Shown here: piece by piece, positions 1-12,493 of the stretch | Layout of the letters: the number at the start of each line of letters is the position of its first letter | Numbering within the stretch: position 1 is the stretch's first letter | From: Macrostomum lignano | Taxonomy: Eukaryota | Direction of reading: 5' to 3' | Length of the DNA: 64,000 bases | Assembly: GCA_002269645.1 (NCBI GenBank) | Contig: NIVC01000822.1 | Location: 62,001-126,000, forward strand | Position numbers and translations under genes: made by a program | Notes under the pieces: generated by a model | Told to the model about the DNA's origin: nothing | What the model saw: the letters and a program-made list of their open reading frames with translations, nothing else | Databases searched by the model: none

Positions 1-1200
1 TTGTATCAGTGCGAAGGTGCTTGAGGAACTGGTTGTATTAATGCGGAAGGTGCTTGAGGAACTGGTTGTGTCAGTTCGAAGGTGCTTGAGGAACTGGTTG
101 TGTCAGTTCGAAGGTGCTTGAGGAACTGGTTGTGTGAGTTCGAAGGTGCTTGAGGAACTGGTTGTGTCAGTTCGAAGGTGCTTGAGGAACTGGTTGTGTC
201 AGTTCGAAGGTGGTTGAGGAACTGGTTGTGTGAGTTCGAAGGTGCTTGAGGAACTGGTTGTGTCAGTTCGAAGGTGCTTGAGGAACTGGCTGTATCAGTG
301 CGAAGGTGCTTGAGGAACTGATTGTGTCAGTTCGAAGGTGCTTGAGGAACTGTCTGTATCAGTGCGAAGGTGCTTGAGGAACTGGTTGTGTGAGTTCGAA
401 GGTGCTTGAGGAACTGGCTGTATCAGTGCGAAGGTGCTTGAGGAACTGGTTGTGTCAGTTCGAAGGTGCTTGAGGAACTGGTTGTATCAGTGCGAAGGTG
501 CTTGAGGAACTGGTTGTGTCAGTGCGAAGGTGCTTGAGGAACTGCATGAGTGTATTAGTGCGAAGGTGCTTGAGGAACTGGTTGTGTCAGTTCGAAGGTG
601 CTTGAGGAACTGGTTGTGTTAGTTCGAAGGTGCTTGAGGAACTGGTTGTATCAGTGCGAAGGTGCTTGAGGAACTGGTTGTATCAGTGCGAAGGTGCTTG
701 AGGAACTGGTTGTATCAGTGCGAAAATGCTTGAGGAAAGGGTTTTAATAGTGCGAAGGTAAGGTAGCTAAGGTATCAGTGCTTCAGGAACGGGTTGTATT
801 AGTGCAAAGGTGCTTGAGGAACGGGTTGTATCGGTGCAAAGGTGCTTGAGGAACGGGTTGTATTAGTGCAAAGGTGCTTGAGGAACGGGTTGTATCGGTG
901 CAAAGGTGCTTGAGGAACGGGTTGTATTAGTGCGGAAGGTGCTTGAGGAACTGCACGATTGTATAAGTGCGAAGGTGCTTGAAGATCTGGTTGTGTCGGT
1001 GCGAAGGAGCTTGAGGAACTGGTGATATTAGTGCGAAGATGCTTGAGGAACTGGTGATATTAGTGCGAAGATGCTTGAGGAACGGGTTGTATTAGTGCGA
1101 AGGTGCTTGAGGAACTGGTGATATTAGTGCGAAGATGCTTGAGGAACGGGTTGTATTAGTGCGAAGATTCTCAGGGAGCTGACTATGTCAGTGCGAATGA
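1..1200. repeat. 32-bp minisatellite (GAAGGTGCTTGAGGAACTGGTTGTGTCAGTTC), probably intronic in the nuclear receptor gene
   Basis: Unit recurs at 32-bp spacing (e.g. 78, 110), about 37 copies, becoming more divergent toward 1200; runs off the window start. Confidence 0.95.
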
Positions 1201-1336
1201 GTTGGAAAACGGTCTGTGGCATTGCGAAAGTGCTTGATGAAATCATTATCGGTGCAGGTATGTTGGAAAATGAGCCTGAAAGAACATCTCAGGCTCATGA
1301 AAGGTACAACAAGTGAGGTAAAAGTGCTGTGCTAAC

Positions 1337-1900
1337 CCTCGAATCGAATTGCAGTCGCCAGGCACTGCGTCGGAAAAAAGCTTTGCAGCTCTCGCAGCTG
1401 AGCACGTCAAAGTTGTACCCTGAGGCGTGTGACTGGCAGATGGCGCACAGCGGGGTTCCCCCGTTGTTGGCCAGCCTCCTGCGGCGACGCTGAACGGCGG
1501 CAATTGTGTGAGACGGCAGTGCCAGAGGCTCCGGCTTGCCCGACAGAGGCAACAGCGGCAGCGGGGGTGGCAGAGGCGGCTTCGGCCGATGATGCTGATG
1601 ATGCTGGTGCTGGTGATGGTGATGGTGCTGGTGCTGGTGGTGGCCGGGCAGCTGGCTGTGCTGGTGCGGCCCACTGTAGATCGAATGCTGCGGCGTGGCG
1701 ACACTGCCGTCTCCGATTCCTGCGCTTCCACCTCCACGGGACATTCCTGGCCAAGCAAATACCGTAGCCGCCGCGGCCTGGTGCAGAGAAGACACCGCCG
1801 TCGTGAACCGGTGCATCTGCAACTGGGATGGAATTGCCAGACAGCTTTCCTGCGAAACTTGCCCTCCGGCTTTCACCGGCAGCCTTTGACAAGGGTGCAT
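1337..1900 (-). CDS. Hr96: Nuclear hormone receptor, NR1J/HR96 (DAF-12-like) type: His/Gln/Pro-rich A/B domain plus first C4 zinc finger; downstream exons lie outside the window
   Basis: ORF 1295-1900 encodes CAICQSHASGYNFDVLSCESCKAFFRRSA; the ESCKA P-box is characteristic of NR1J. Candidate donor GAGG|GTTAGC at 1337/1336. Start Met uncertain. Confidence 0.8.
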
Positions 1901-2149
1901 GGGATTGGACTCAGAAGATGCTGAGTCCAGTGTGGATGGGAGCGGACTCAGAGGGAGCTCACTTCAATATTTTATAAGTGACCCTCTGGCATCAGTGAAC
2001 TTTTTTGGGTTAAACGAGATGGTTGCGCACTCAGGACTTAAGTAGGATTATGCATTCAAAAAATTAATGAGTTTGGTGTGCATCCAGGAAAGTGGGTGTG
2101 CATTCAGAACTGAAGTGCTGCCCATTCAGTAATGAATTAGGTTGTAAAT

Positions 2150-3535
2150 TCAGGAGTGAAGTGGGTGTACATTCAGGACTGAAGTGGGTGTGCATTCAGG
2201 AGTGAAGTGGGTGTGCATTCAGGACTGAAGTGGGTGTGCATTCAGGACTGAAGTGGGTGTGCATTCAGGACTGAAGTGGGTGTGCATTCAGGACTGAAGT
2301 GGGTGTGCATTCAGAACTGAAGTGGGTGTGGATTCAGGAGTGAAGTGGGTGTGCATTCAGGACTGAAGTGGGTGTGCATTCAGGAGTGAAGTGGGTGTGC
2401 ATTCAGGAGTGAAGTGGGTGTGCATTCAGGAGTGAAGTGGGTGTGCATTCAGGACTGAAGTGGGTGTGCATTCAGGACTGAAGTGGGTGTGCATTCAGGA
2501 CTGAAGGGAGTGTGCATTCAGGACTGAAGTGGGTGTACATTCAGGACTGAAGTGGGTGTGCATTCAGGACTGAAGTGGGTGTGCATTCAGGACTGAAGTG
2601 GGTGTGCATTCAGGACTGAAGTGGGTGTGCATTCAGGACTGAAGTGGGTGTGGATTCAGAACTGAAGGGAGTGTGCACTCAGGACTGAAGTGGGTGTGGA
2701 TTCAGGAGTGAAGTGGGTGTGGATTCAGAACTGAAGGGAGTGTGCACTCAGGACTGAAGTGGGTGTGGATTCAGGACTGAAGTGGGTGTGCATTCAGGAG
2801 TGAAGTGGGTGTGGATTTAGGGCTGAAGTTGGTGTGCATTCAGGACTGAAGTGGGTGTGCAGTTAGGAGTGAAGTGGGTGTGCATTCAGGACTGAAGTGG
2901 GTGTGCATTCAGAACTGAAGTGCTGCCCATTCAGTAATGAATTAGGTTGTAAATTCAAGACTGAAGTGGGTGTACATTCAGGACTGAAGTGGGTGTGCAT
3001 TCAGGACTGAAGTGCGTGTGCATTCAGGACTGAAGTGGGTGTGCATTCAGGACTGAAGTGGGTTTGCATTCAGAACTGAAGTGGGTGTGGATTCAGAACT
3101 GAAGGGAGTGTGCACTCAGGACTGAAGTGGGTGTGGATTCAGGAGTGAAGTGGGTGTACATTCAGGAGTGAAGGGAGTGTGCACTCAGGACTGAAGTGGG
3201 TGTACATTCAGGAGTGGGTGTGGGTGTGCATTCAGGAGTGAAGTGGGTGTGCATTCAGGATTTAAGTGGGTGTGCATTCAGAACTGAAGTGGGTGTGGAT
3301 TCAGAACTGAAGGGAGTGTGCAGTCAGGACTGAAGTGGGTGTGGATTCAGGAGTGAAGTGGGTGTGCATTCAGGACTGAAGTGGGTGTGGATTCAGGAGT
3401 GAAGTGGGTGTGCATTCAGGACTGAAGTGGGTGTGCAGTTAGGAGTGAAGTGGGTGTGCATTCAGGACTGAAGTGGGTGTGCAGTTAGGAGTGAAGTGGG
3501 TGTGCAGTTAGGAGTGAAGTGGGTGTGCATTCAGG
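2150..3535. repeat. 23-bp minisatellite (GTGGGTGTGCATTCAGGACTGAA), probably in a 5'-UTR intron of the nuclear receptor gene
   Basis: About 60 near-identical units seen directly. Confidence 0.95.
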
Positions 3536-4000
3536 TAAATACTGAAAAAGGCAGTATGGCAGTGCATGTTTACAATTAGAAGTGAAGTTTTTATGAAGAT
3601 CGTTCAGCTTTCAGAGAAATCTGTTTGATGTGACAGAGACTGGTGCTGAGCTTAGGAGAGGTTCAGTGTTCCCTATTTTCCCTGAAGTAAGCTAACACGT
3701 AAGTGAGCTAAGTAAGGTAAAGCAAAGCAACAAAAATGTGAAAAGGCGCCGTGAAATTGGCTACATTACCTTTTGCCGTAACTTACGAAGTTGGTTTGCG
3801 AACTTGGATGAGTTGAAGCTTTGCTTGCTGACTGCAAGGTGTAACCGACAAAGATAGATTCAGGAAGTCAAACAAGCCGACGTGAGTCAGCAATCAGCCA
3901 CAGCTGACTGACTCTCGAGCGCTCTGAAAATTTCTGCGACCTTCCCGAGAAAATTTCCTCTTCAGCTATGGTTTTTCCAGTGCGGGGTTTTCCCCCGTCT

Positions 4001-4004
<4 letters not shown>

Positions 4005-4086
<82 letters not shown>
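4005..4086. repeat. (CT)n/(GA)n microsatellite
   Basis: About 40 perfect dinucleotide units. Confidence 0.98.
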
Positions 4087-4091
<5 letters not shown>

Positions 4092-6521
4092 CTTTCTCCC
4101 GTTCCCCTCCTTGGACAGGCCGGGGGCTTGAAACAGCATGGAAAAAGGCAAAATGAGTTAAGCAAAGGTCAAGGTGATTTGACATGCAAGGCACAGATAC
4201 CAAATCACGGGGTCCAGCAGCCCCCTCTTTCTGACAGGGCAGGCGATCGCTGGAGAATTCAGCGGTTGAAATTAAATCACACACATAGTGCTAAAAGTAG
4301 GTCGAATAAATGAGCTGCAAAACTAAACTGATCAGGCATAGGAATGGAAATTGATAAGGTGTGCATATATAGCTCGCACCATGAGATGCCGGATTTTCTT
4401 CCTACGAGTAAAATTAACGTGGGTTGATTGAAAGAAAGAAGAAAGAGATGGTCAGCTGTTAGAGAGCAACCCTGAGTCAGACCTTTGGGCTGCAGTGACA
4501 GCAGAGTCAGAGGACCAGCAGAGCAGAGCACAGCAGAGCAACTGGGCGTAACACCTCGGGTATTTATTAGGTAAGGCCATCAAAATGCCGAGCTTCAGGG
4601 ACTTGAGGACAGGTGCAGGGTCTCTTGGCCTGTTGGGATCACTCGTCTGTTGGGGACGCTTTTGAATAAAAATTCGAAAATATTTACTCGAAAAATCTGT
4701 ATCACGTATCAGTAGTAGATGAAAGGCAGTAGCAAGCACTAGGTGCGAAAATATGGAGCCAGAAAAGTGCCTTCTCAATCAAGCATGTGTTACATTACCT
4801 CTGTTTTGGCGGACCAAAGCTTGCAGTGAGTCCTCCAAGTACCGCAGGTCTCCTGAGCACTGACTCAAAATAGCTCATGGAACCGACAACGGGAGAGACA
4901 GAGAGAGGGATAAAAACAGAGGGAAAGTCAGCGATACTGCATACTGAAATGCTTAACAAACAACTTTTATAGTTAAAAAAAGGAAAAAGTGACAACATGA
5001 GAAATTTCAAACTCGCGACAATCATGGGATATTTTAAAAGCAAAAACTGTCTTAAAATTTGCAGACCAGGCTGGGCCCCAGACCAGGAACTACAGGTATG
5101 AATTTCCTGTAATCGTACTGAAGTCTCCTCTATGGTTAGTGCGACTGCGTTGCTCTGTCCCTGCAACGTCTCTGCACCCAGGTGCTGAGCTGCCACAGGT
5201 CACGCTGAGACTGTGGGCCAAGCTCTTAAATCAAGCGCTGAAGGCTCCCGAAACCGTCCCGACAGAAAGAGGGGGCTTAGAGTGTGTGAACCTGTGAGGG
5301 TCTGAAAGCCTAGTCCTGAACATGCAGGGCTTGGCCATGGCCACGCTCAAGGGGTTCCGCAGTCAAGGGGTTCCGCAGTCAAGGGGTGAATACAAGATCC
5401 ATCGTCTTTTCTACTGTAACTCTACTAGTAACTCTGTCCCTACATTTTCCCTTTGATTTTTGCTGCATACCGGTAAATGATTATTGAGATTCTCAGGAAG
5501 GCCAGTGCAGCAAACTGATAGGGGTTGGGCCGCGTTCGCGAGCCAAAACTTACCGAGAGTTTGACGAAGCACAGGCTCGGGCCTGGGGGCTGAGAGCTGG
5601 TATCCTAGTTCCAGCAGGTGAGGAAGACAGTTTTGGGGCCGGAGCCTGCCCTGGGAGATTTTATAGCCGCTCGGCCAGGCGCCCGAACGGGAGAGCAAAG
5701 GCAAAGAAGAAAATTCCCTAATCGCTTCGCCAATCAAAATTGGGAGAAAATTGGCGACTGCCGTCATGGGCGGTCCGCTAATCGGCGGCCCGAAATCCAA
5801 ATCCGATAAGGGGGCAAAAATGGGTGCTAAAATTTCCCCTTATCTTAATTCTCCGGATGGAAAATTGCGCAGATAAATGGAACCACGGCCTGTATTGAAA
5901 AGACACCTGCAGCCTTGTTGGCGCAATTAAAACAATTTGGGCGGGATTTATTGCCTCTGATTGTCCGACTCTGGGGCCGATGGCTGATCTCAGCAATTGC
6001 CCCATCTTGGCTTTTGCCCCACCGATTGCAGTTATTTTTCTTTTTCGTCGATGGGGCAAAGGGCGTTTAATAATTTGATTGCTTCATAGGGGAAAATTTT
6101 ATTGACGCATTTTAGAATAATCTGTTTTTCTGCCCACGAGTAATTTATTTTTTAAAAGCCATCAAAGCCATCAAAAGCCGACAAATTGCAAAATTATTGG
6201 AAGGCTCGGGGACGGAACCGGACCAGAAAACTGCATAAAATTGGTTCTTAACAAACTCCTTGCCAAGATAAGAATTCTGCCTTCCTATGCATGCACAATA
6301 TGCACGATAACCGCTCTAACTGATCTCATGTTTTTGGCTAGATCCATCTTCATGATACTTCTTCACCTGGTTTCTTCAAGTACTAACACGAGAATAAGGC
6401 ATCTTTAGATAGTTCATCAGGCATGGTTAGAAGAGAAAAGGTTTTTTTATTGTTTTTCGTTTTGTAAACGTCTGTACTATGACTCACTCGAGATCACTTA
6501 TATTGCACCTGCCTGCACACG

Positions 6522-7640
6522 CACCTGATCGTGGACGCGGGATCGACCTGACTGGGCGCCATCGTGGCGCAGATGCAGCAGATGCAGGCCGGTAACATGC
6601 GCCAGCCGGACCCTCTCCGACGTCGAGCGGCGATACTCACAGACTGAGAAGGAGCCGCTCGCTGTGAAGCTCCGCTGCCTGAAGTTCGAGTACTACCTGC
6701 ATGGATCGCCCGAGTTCTCAGTGCTCTCCGATCACTAGCCGCTGACGGCCATGTTCGCGCTTGGGTCCGCGGCCGTCTTCCACGAGTCGAGCGAATGGTG
6801 CTGAGGATCCAGCACTTAGTGTTCAAGGTCGAGTACCAGCTGGGAGCCTCCAATGCTGCAGACGTACTCAGCAGGCAGCCCCTAAACGCGCACAACAGAA
6901 ACTTTGGAGGGGAGGCCTACTTCAATGAGGTGGCGCGCAGACGGCTGGCGCTGTCGATGGCGCTGACGCTCGAGGACATCTGCAAGAGCTCTGCCAGCGA
7001 CTGTCATTCAGGCGGCGACGCAAAGCGGCCAGTGGGATCGCTCCAACGCGGAGACACGGTTGCTCCACGCGCTGCGAGAGGATCTCGAGCTGTCTGCGGT
7101 GGACGGAGTCCTCCTTTGGCACCAGCGAATCGTCGTGCTAGCTGGTCTGCGGCAGCAGATGCTCGAACTGGCGCACCAAGGGCACTAGTGATCGCAGAAG
7201 ACAATCACCAGACTCGGCACGAAGGTCTGGTGGCCGAGGATGGCAACTCAAGCGGAGGAGTTCGTCAGTCGATGCCCACACCTCTGCAGTCGACGCCGAT
7301 ATCCGCGAGCGCCTGGCTGTCGATCGGCGCCGACTTCGTGGGACCCATCAACAACATGCTGCTGGTGTGCGTGGACCGCTATTCGAGATTCCCGGAGGTG
7401 CAGCTCATGCAGACGTACCGGCCGAGGCAGACCCCGCCTTACGAGAGATGTTCGCTATCTGCGGAATCCCGCAGGAGCTCGTGACAGACAATGAACCGCT
7501 CTTCTCGTCCAAGGAGTTTGGCCGATTTCTGGCGAGCTATGGGATAAAGCACCGCCTCATCACGCCCTATTACCCTATCCTGCAGCCAACGGCATGAGAG
7601 AGCGACTCAACCGCTCCATCCACAAAGTAGTGCGAGCAGC
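6522..7640 (+). mobile_element. Degenerate Ty3/Gypsy pol fragment (RNase H-integrase)
   Basis: LIVDAG..LGAIVAQ, ERRYSQTEKE, KFEYYLHG..SDH*PL, KVEYQLGASNAADVLSR, LELAHQGH..VWWPRM..C zinc finger, IGADFVGP, ELVTDNEPLFSSKEF..ITPYYP across shifted frames with stops. Confidence 0.9.
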
Positions 7641-7686
7641 CAGCCATCTAAGGCACAGACTGGGGGCAGACCAGCAAGCAGTTTTA

Positions 7687-7995
7687 ACCATGGAGGAAAG
7701 AATAGAATGGAGTGCTAATCTGAGCCAGTTATTTTTGTCTCACTCGATCTTCACTTTTAACCTCCCTTTCCCCCCGTTCTTTCCTATTGGCTCGTGACTG
7801 CCATAGACAAAGTATTTTTCGTCTCGTTTTCGTTCCCCTCTGAAAGGTATGTCCCAGCAAAGTACGAGCTCGCATCAAAATATGCTTTCAGCCAATAGGA
7901 AGGAACGGGGGGAAAGGGATGTTAAAAGTGAATATCGAGTGAGACAAAAATAACTGGCTCAGATTAGCACTCTATTCTACTCTTTCCTCCATGGT
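7687..7995. mobile_element. About 309-bp MITE/foldback with about 105-bp terminal inverted repeats
   Basis: ACCATGGAGGAAAG...CTATTGGCT (7687-7792) is the near-perfect reverse complement of AGCCAATAG...CTTTCCTCCATGGT (7890-7995). Confidence 0.85.
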
Positions 7996-9664
7996 ATTAA
8001 CAATTTTGACAACGCACACACAATGCCACACATTCAAATATTTCATGGTTTATGAGCAATGGCCTACAGCTTAGATTTAGTTAGTCCCGCACTCAAATAT
8101 AATTAGCTGCTCTTTTGAATGCCTTAGTTGGGGCTGCCCAGGAAATTGCTGATTCCCATCGACGCCGTAAATTCCTTAAAAAGAACTCAGTCTATGGGAA
8201 GAACTGTTTTAAAAGCTACATCCATTTTTCTTATTTCAGTTGCTCCAAACTTGCGTTACTCAAAAAAGCCGGTGTCTGGACGGAGAAATGGCATGTCTCC
8301 TTGCCTGTTCGATTCCAAGGTCAGATTTAGTGTTCGGACAAAAAGGCCATTAAAGGGTGAATTTCGGTCGATGGACAGTGCCAGAAATAAATTCAATTTC
8401 TTTACATGTACTGTAGCAGTGTTTGCACCAGGAATATATCCGACGTAGATCCTTAATTCAGGCTTTCTAGAGAGGAAATACACAAGTGTATATATTGTAA
8501 AAGATAATCCTAATAATGGATACCCAGCCTACTACAAGTGTTTACAGTTCCGTAGTGTTAATATAGTGCATTACAGTACAAGTTGGGAATACCGATTTTC
8601 CACTTCCTCAAACCGCCCTCCGGCTCGTACCAGCTTTTTACTGTGGCTGATGGTCAGAGTTAGCACTTGCAAAAATACACCCACCAATATTGACAGACTG
8701 CTCGGGCTGAAACGAGCAGAAGCCAATCTTCCGTTTAGCCGCTTCTTCGCTTGGGCATCGGTGTCAGGGATCGTATCTCGAGTTGATGACGGCTCTCCCG
8801 CGTACTACCGCCCGTTTCTGATAACTATGGGCTCTGTACTGTAAATTTAAGCTCTCTGGAGACAGTTATCTATTAATATCCCTACCGAAAATGGGCGTGA
8901 AGTGTATCAAGCACACCTTTTCACTCCCTCTGGTTGCTCGCGCAACTGCCAGCTGTCACCTCTTGTCGAATGGGCTTTGAATCTGTCAGGCAGAATTCTT
9001 TTCTACACAGGAAGTCCTTCCTCCCTGGCACGTGGCCCCGAAGCCAAAAGATATTCCCAGAAATCGATATCACAATGCGGCACCGCTGAAAATTTGCGAA
9101 AATGCTGAATCAGGGATAACAGACGGTGAATTTAGTTCTCAGATAGGAATCGAATTAAACAGAAGTAAGGATATAGGAGAGTGTATTGTATTGATAGCAT
9201 AGAACAGAAAAGGCAGACGGCTTAGTATATGCTTTGGCACAGCAAAATATCAGGGGACAACTGCTGAGAAGAGATATACGGACAGGGAGGGAAGACTAGA
9301 GAAAAACAAGGAAAGGGCAACAAATGTTTAACAAGTAAAGTACGCTGCTGAAGCCAGCCAGGTGATCAGCTGACTGACAGCTAGGCAAATAGAAAAAACC
9401 AGTCCATTGGTTAAATAGACAGAATATATACAATTACTCTGTGGCTAAATATGTTCGATTTATCTCCAACCCTTTCGAATAGACAGAAACATTGGACTCT
9501 AAAAATGATAAGATGCGAACGCATCTCCCTAAACTCTTGTTGCTAGACAGCTATTTTTACACAGAAAGTGTTCAGTTAACAAACCGTTGGGAAAAAATAC
9601 AGCTGGATTTGGATCACAAAATCAGATCAAAACACAGAAGTTTAGCTGCAGTAGGACACAACCT

Positions 9665-9947
9665 TCAGAGCTCGCTCCGCTGCTCCTTGCTGCGCAGCCC
9701 GATGGCTGTCCTCACGAAGTCAGACAGGGCTGCGAGGTCGCGGAGGCCGCGGAAGCTGTCCACCAGGTGACCCTGCTGGTAAAGCAGCAGACTAGGATAG
9801 GCGCGAACCCCCTGCTGATTGCACAGGCCGGCTTCCTCGGTGCAGTCCACACGGCCCAGCACCAGCTGCTGGCGGCCTGGGAACTCCTGCGCTAGATCCT
9901 GTGCCAGCCGCTCCCAGACCGGCGCAAGTCGCTGACAGTGCGAGCAC
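9665..9947 (-). CDS. TXNDC5-like last exon: Trx domain 3 (WCSHC), ending in RSEL (KDEL-like ER retention)
   Basis: ccgcag|G TGC TCG CAC TGT; RVDCT..LC..GVRAYPSL..FRGLRD; stop at 9665-9667. Confidence 0.9.
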
Positions 9948-10026
9948 CTGCGGCAGACAGTCAAGTGAATGCGTCAGCGGAACAGCATCTCTACCTCATC
10001 CCACTCCTTCGATTTTGACCTAGCTT

Positions 10027-10745
10027 TATTCAGACTCTGACCCAGTTTAGTTCAGACTCTGACCCAGTTTAGTTCAGACTCTGACCCAGTTCTATTCAGA
10101 CTCTGACCCAGTTTAGTTCAGACTCTGACCCAGTTCTATTCAGACTCTGACCCAGTTCTTTTCAGACTCTGACCCAGTTCTATTCAGACTCTGACCCAGT
10201 TCTATTCAGACTCTGACCCAGTTCTATTCAGACTCTGACCCAGTTCTATTCAGACTCTGACCCAGTTATATTCAGACTCTGACCCAGTTCTATTCAGACT
10301 CTGACCCAGTTCTTTTCAGACTCTGACCCAGTTCTATTCAGACTCTGACCCAGTTCTATTCAGACTCTGACCCAGTTTAGTTCAGACTCTGACCCAGTTC
10401 TATTCAGACTCTGACCCAGTTCTTTTCAGACTCTGACCCAGTTCTATTCAGACTCTGACCCAGTTCTATTCAGACTCTGACCCAGTTCTATTCAGACTCT
10501 GACCCAGTTATATTCAGACTCTGACCCAGTTATATTCAGACTCTGACCCAGTTTAGTTCAGACTCTGACCCAGTTCTATTCAGACTCTGACCCAGTTATA
10601 TTCAGACTCTGACCCAGTTCTATTCAGACTCTGACCCAGTTCTATTCAGACTCTGACCCAGTTATATTCAGACTCTGACCCAGTTATTTTCAGACTCTGA
10701 CCCAGTTTAGTTCAGACTCTGACCCAGTTCTATACAGACTGACCC
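10027..10745. repeat. 22-bp intronic minisatellite (TCAGACTCTGACCCAGTTCTAT)
   Basis: About 32 units filling most of the last intron of the TXNDC5-like gene. Confidence 0.95.
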
Positions 10746-10792
10746 ACTCCTACCCCAGGTCTGACTGCTTCAAACCGAGCACAGAAACTCAC

Positions 10793-10881
10793 CAGGGAGC
10801 GAAAAATTTGACAAACAGGAATTCTGTCGACCGAGCAGTTTTGTCAAAGGAGCTCCAAGTCAGGGAAACCGGCTTGACGAT
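10793..10881 (-). CDS. TXNDC5-like exon (IVKPVSLTWSSFDK..FVKFFAPW)
   Basis: cttttcag| ... CCCTG|gtgagt; 89 nt, phase-consistent. Confidence 0.9.
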
Positions 10882-11346
10882 CTGAAAAGAATGAAAAGCA
10901 AAAACTTTGCAGAAAATCCAACTCCAAGATCCAACAGCAGGGGTTAATCCTGCTTCCTGCCGAATAGATGGGGCTTTCAAACCAGCTTTCACGAAAAAAT
11001 AGCAGCCAGACTCAATTATGACTAGCATTCCACCATCAATAAGCACAGTAGAAGCATATGCATTCCACACACTTTCCTAGAAATATCAGCCTTTGACCAA
11101 AACTTGAACAGCAAAGCCAGCAACTGTTGGTAAAGTGTCTCAAAAGCGAAAACTTTGACTAGCCATTCAGTAGTAAGTCAAACTCTCAGTAATCTCCCCT
11201 TGACCTTGGCAGTGTGCAAACAGTGAAGCAGACAGTTAGAAAGGAACCAAACAAGTAAAGAAGTCTACAGACGATTTCATAAAAATAGAATAGGTCAGAT
11301 ATAATTAGGAATTAGGATACAATAAACCTGATGGCAAAATCCTCAC

Positions 11347-11890
11347 CGAATACCAGTTCGCAAGGAGTCCCTCGGAGACAGCCGCTGCTCTGTCGGCAAC
11401 CAGCTCCTGCAGTTTCAGCTGCAGGAACTGCTGCCAATTTTCGATGGTGTTGTCGGCCTCGTGAACACCCAGACGACGGCCGTGGCCGAACAGCGCCATG
11501 TAGGGATAATGCGGCACTGCCTGTTTGCTGCAAGTGTCCGGCTGGCTTTCGCAGTTCACCTGACCCAGCGCCACGCCCAGCCGCTTGGCCAACGGAGCCA
11601 GCTGAGGGAACAGCGGCTTCAGCAGTTTGCAATGCGGGCACCAGTCTGTGAAGAATTTCACAAATACCGGCCCGCCAGCAGTGAGTGAGTCGAAGTTCGC
11701 GTCCGTCAGTTCCATCACGCCATCCAGCATTAGTGGTGGGGATGCGGCAGTATCGCCAAAGGCTTCTGCCTCGACAGCGGGTACCGTGGAACCGAGCATC
11801 GCCTTGCCCAGGAAGCTCAGCAGCGTGCTGGCAGTTCGGCGACCACGAAACACCTGCGGCTGCTGCGAGCCACGCTGGTGGAATCTGATG
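11347..11890 (-). CDS. TXNDC5-like exon: end of Trx domain 1 plus Trx domain 2 (WCPHC)
   Basis: cccgcag|C ATC AGA TTC gives YPSIRFHQRG..VFRGRRTA; ELTDANF..FVKFFTDWCPHC; donor TCG|gtgagg. Confidence 0.9.
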
Positions 11891-12300
11891 CTGCGGGATC
11901 AGGGATCAGGTAACTGGGCTGGTGGAATCTGATGCTGCGGGATCAGGGATCAGGTAACTGGGCTAGTGGCTTCTGATGCTGTGGGATCTGGGATCAGGTA
12001 ACTGGGCTGGTGGGATCTGATGCTGCGGGATCAGGGATCAGGTAACTGGGCTGGTGGAATCTGATGCTGCGGGATCAGGGATCAGGTAACTGGGCTGGTG
12101 GAATCTGATGCTGCGGGATCAGGGATCAGGTAACTGGGCTGGTGGAATCTGATGCTGCGGGATCAGGGATCAGGTAACTGGGCTTGTGGAATCTGATGCT
12201 GCGGGATCAGGTAACTGGGCTAGTGGCTTCTGATGCTGTGGGATCTGGGATCAGGTAACTGGGCACAGATTCTGGTGCTGCAGGATCAGGGGTCAGGCAG
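11874..12300. repeat. 44-bp minisatellite whose unit spans the intron/exon acceptor junction
   Basis: Minus-strand unit CCAGTTACCTGATCCCTGATCCCGCAG|CATCAGATTCCACCAGC, about 9 copies; the last copy contains the real acceptor at 11891/11890. Confidence 0.9.
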
Positions 12301-12340
12301 CTTGGGTCAGCAAAGGACTTCACAAATTATTAACACTCAC

Positions 12341-12399
12341 CTTGGGTAATACTTTATCTTATGTTTGGCACACAGTTCTGTTTCAGCTTCACAATCAAT
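12341..12399 (-). CDS. TXNDC5-like exon (IDCEAETELCAKHKIKYYP)
   Basis: tttcag|ATT...CCAAG|gtgagt; typical Trx-fold VDC...C...I..YP segment. Confidence 0.85.
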
Positions 12400-12493
12400 C
12401 TGAAATAGATTAAAAGGAACGAGATTTATTACAGAGATAGGACTAATTGGAATACCTTATAGAGCTACCAATTAAAATATTTATTCTACTTAC

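Noticed and set aside
1246-1924. Overlapping alternative ORFs around the nuclear receptor exon (likewise antisense ORFs over the Gypsy, PUF60 and TSPO-like genes)
   Set aside because: Shadow ORFs expected in GC-rich coding sequence
3868-4284. ERERER-rich ORFs
   Set aside because: Translation of the (GA)n microsatellite
8100-9110. Minus-strand FKAHSTRG (tyrosine-recombinase-like) and SIDRNSPF (integrase-like) snippets
   Set aside because: Isolated short motifs without supporting flanks and mutually inconsistent; possibly old TE debris but not callable
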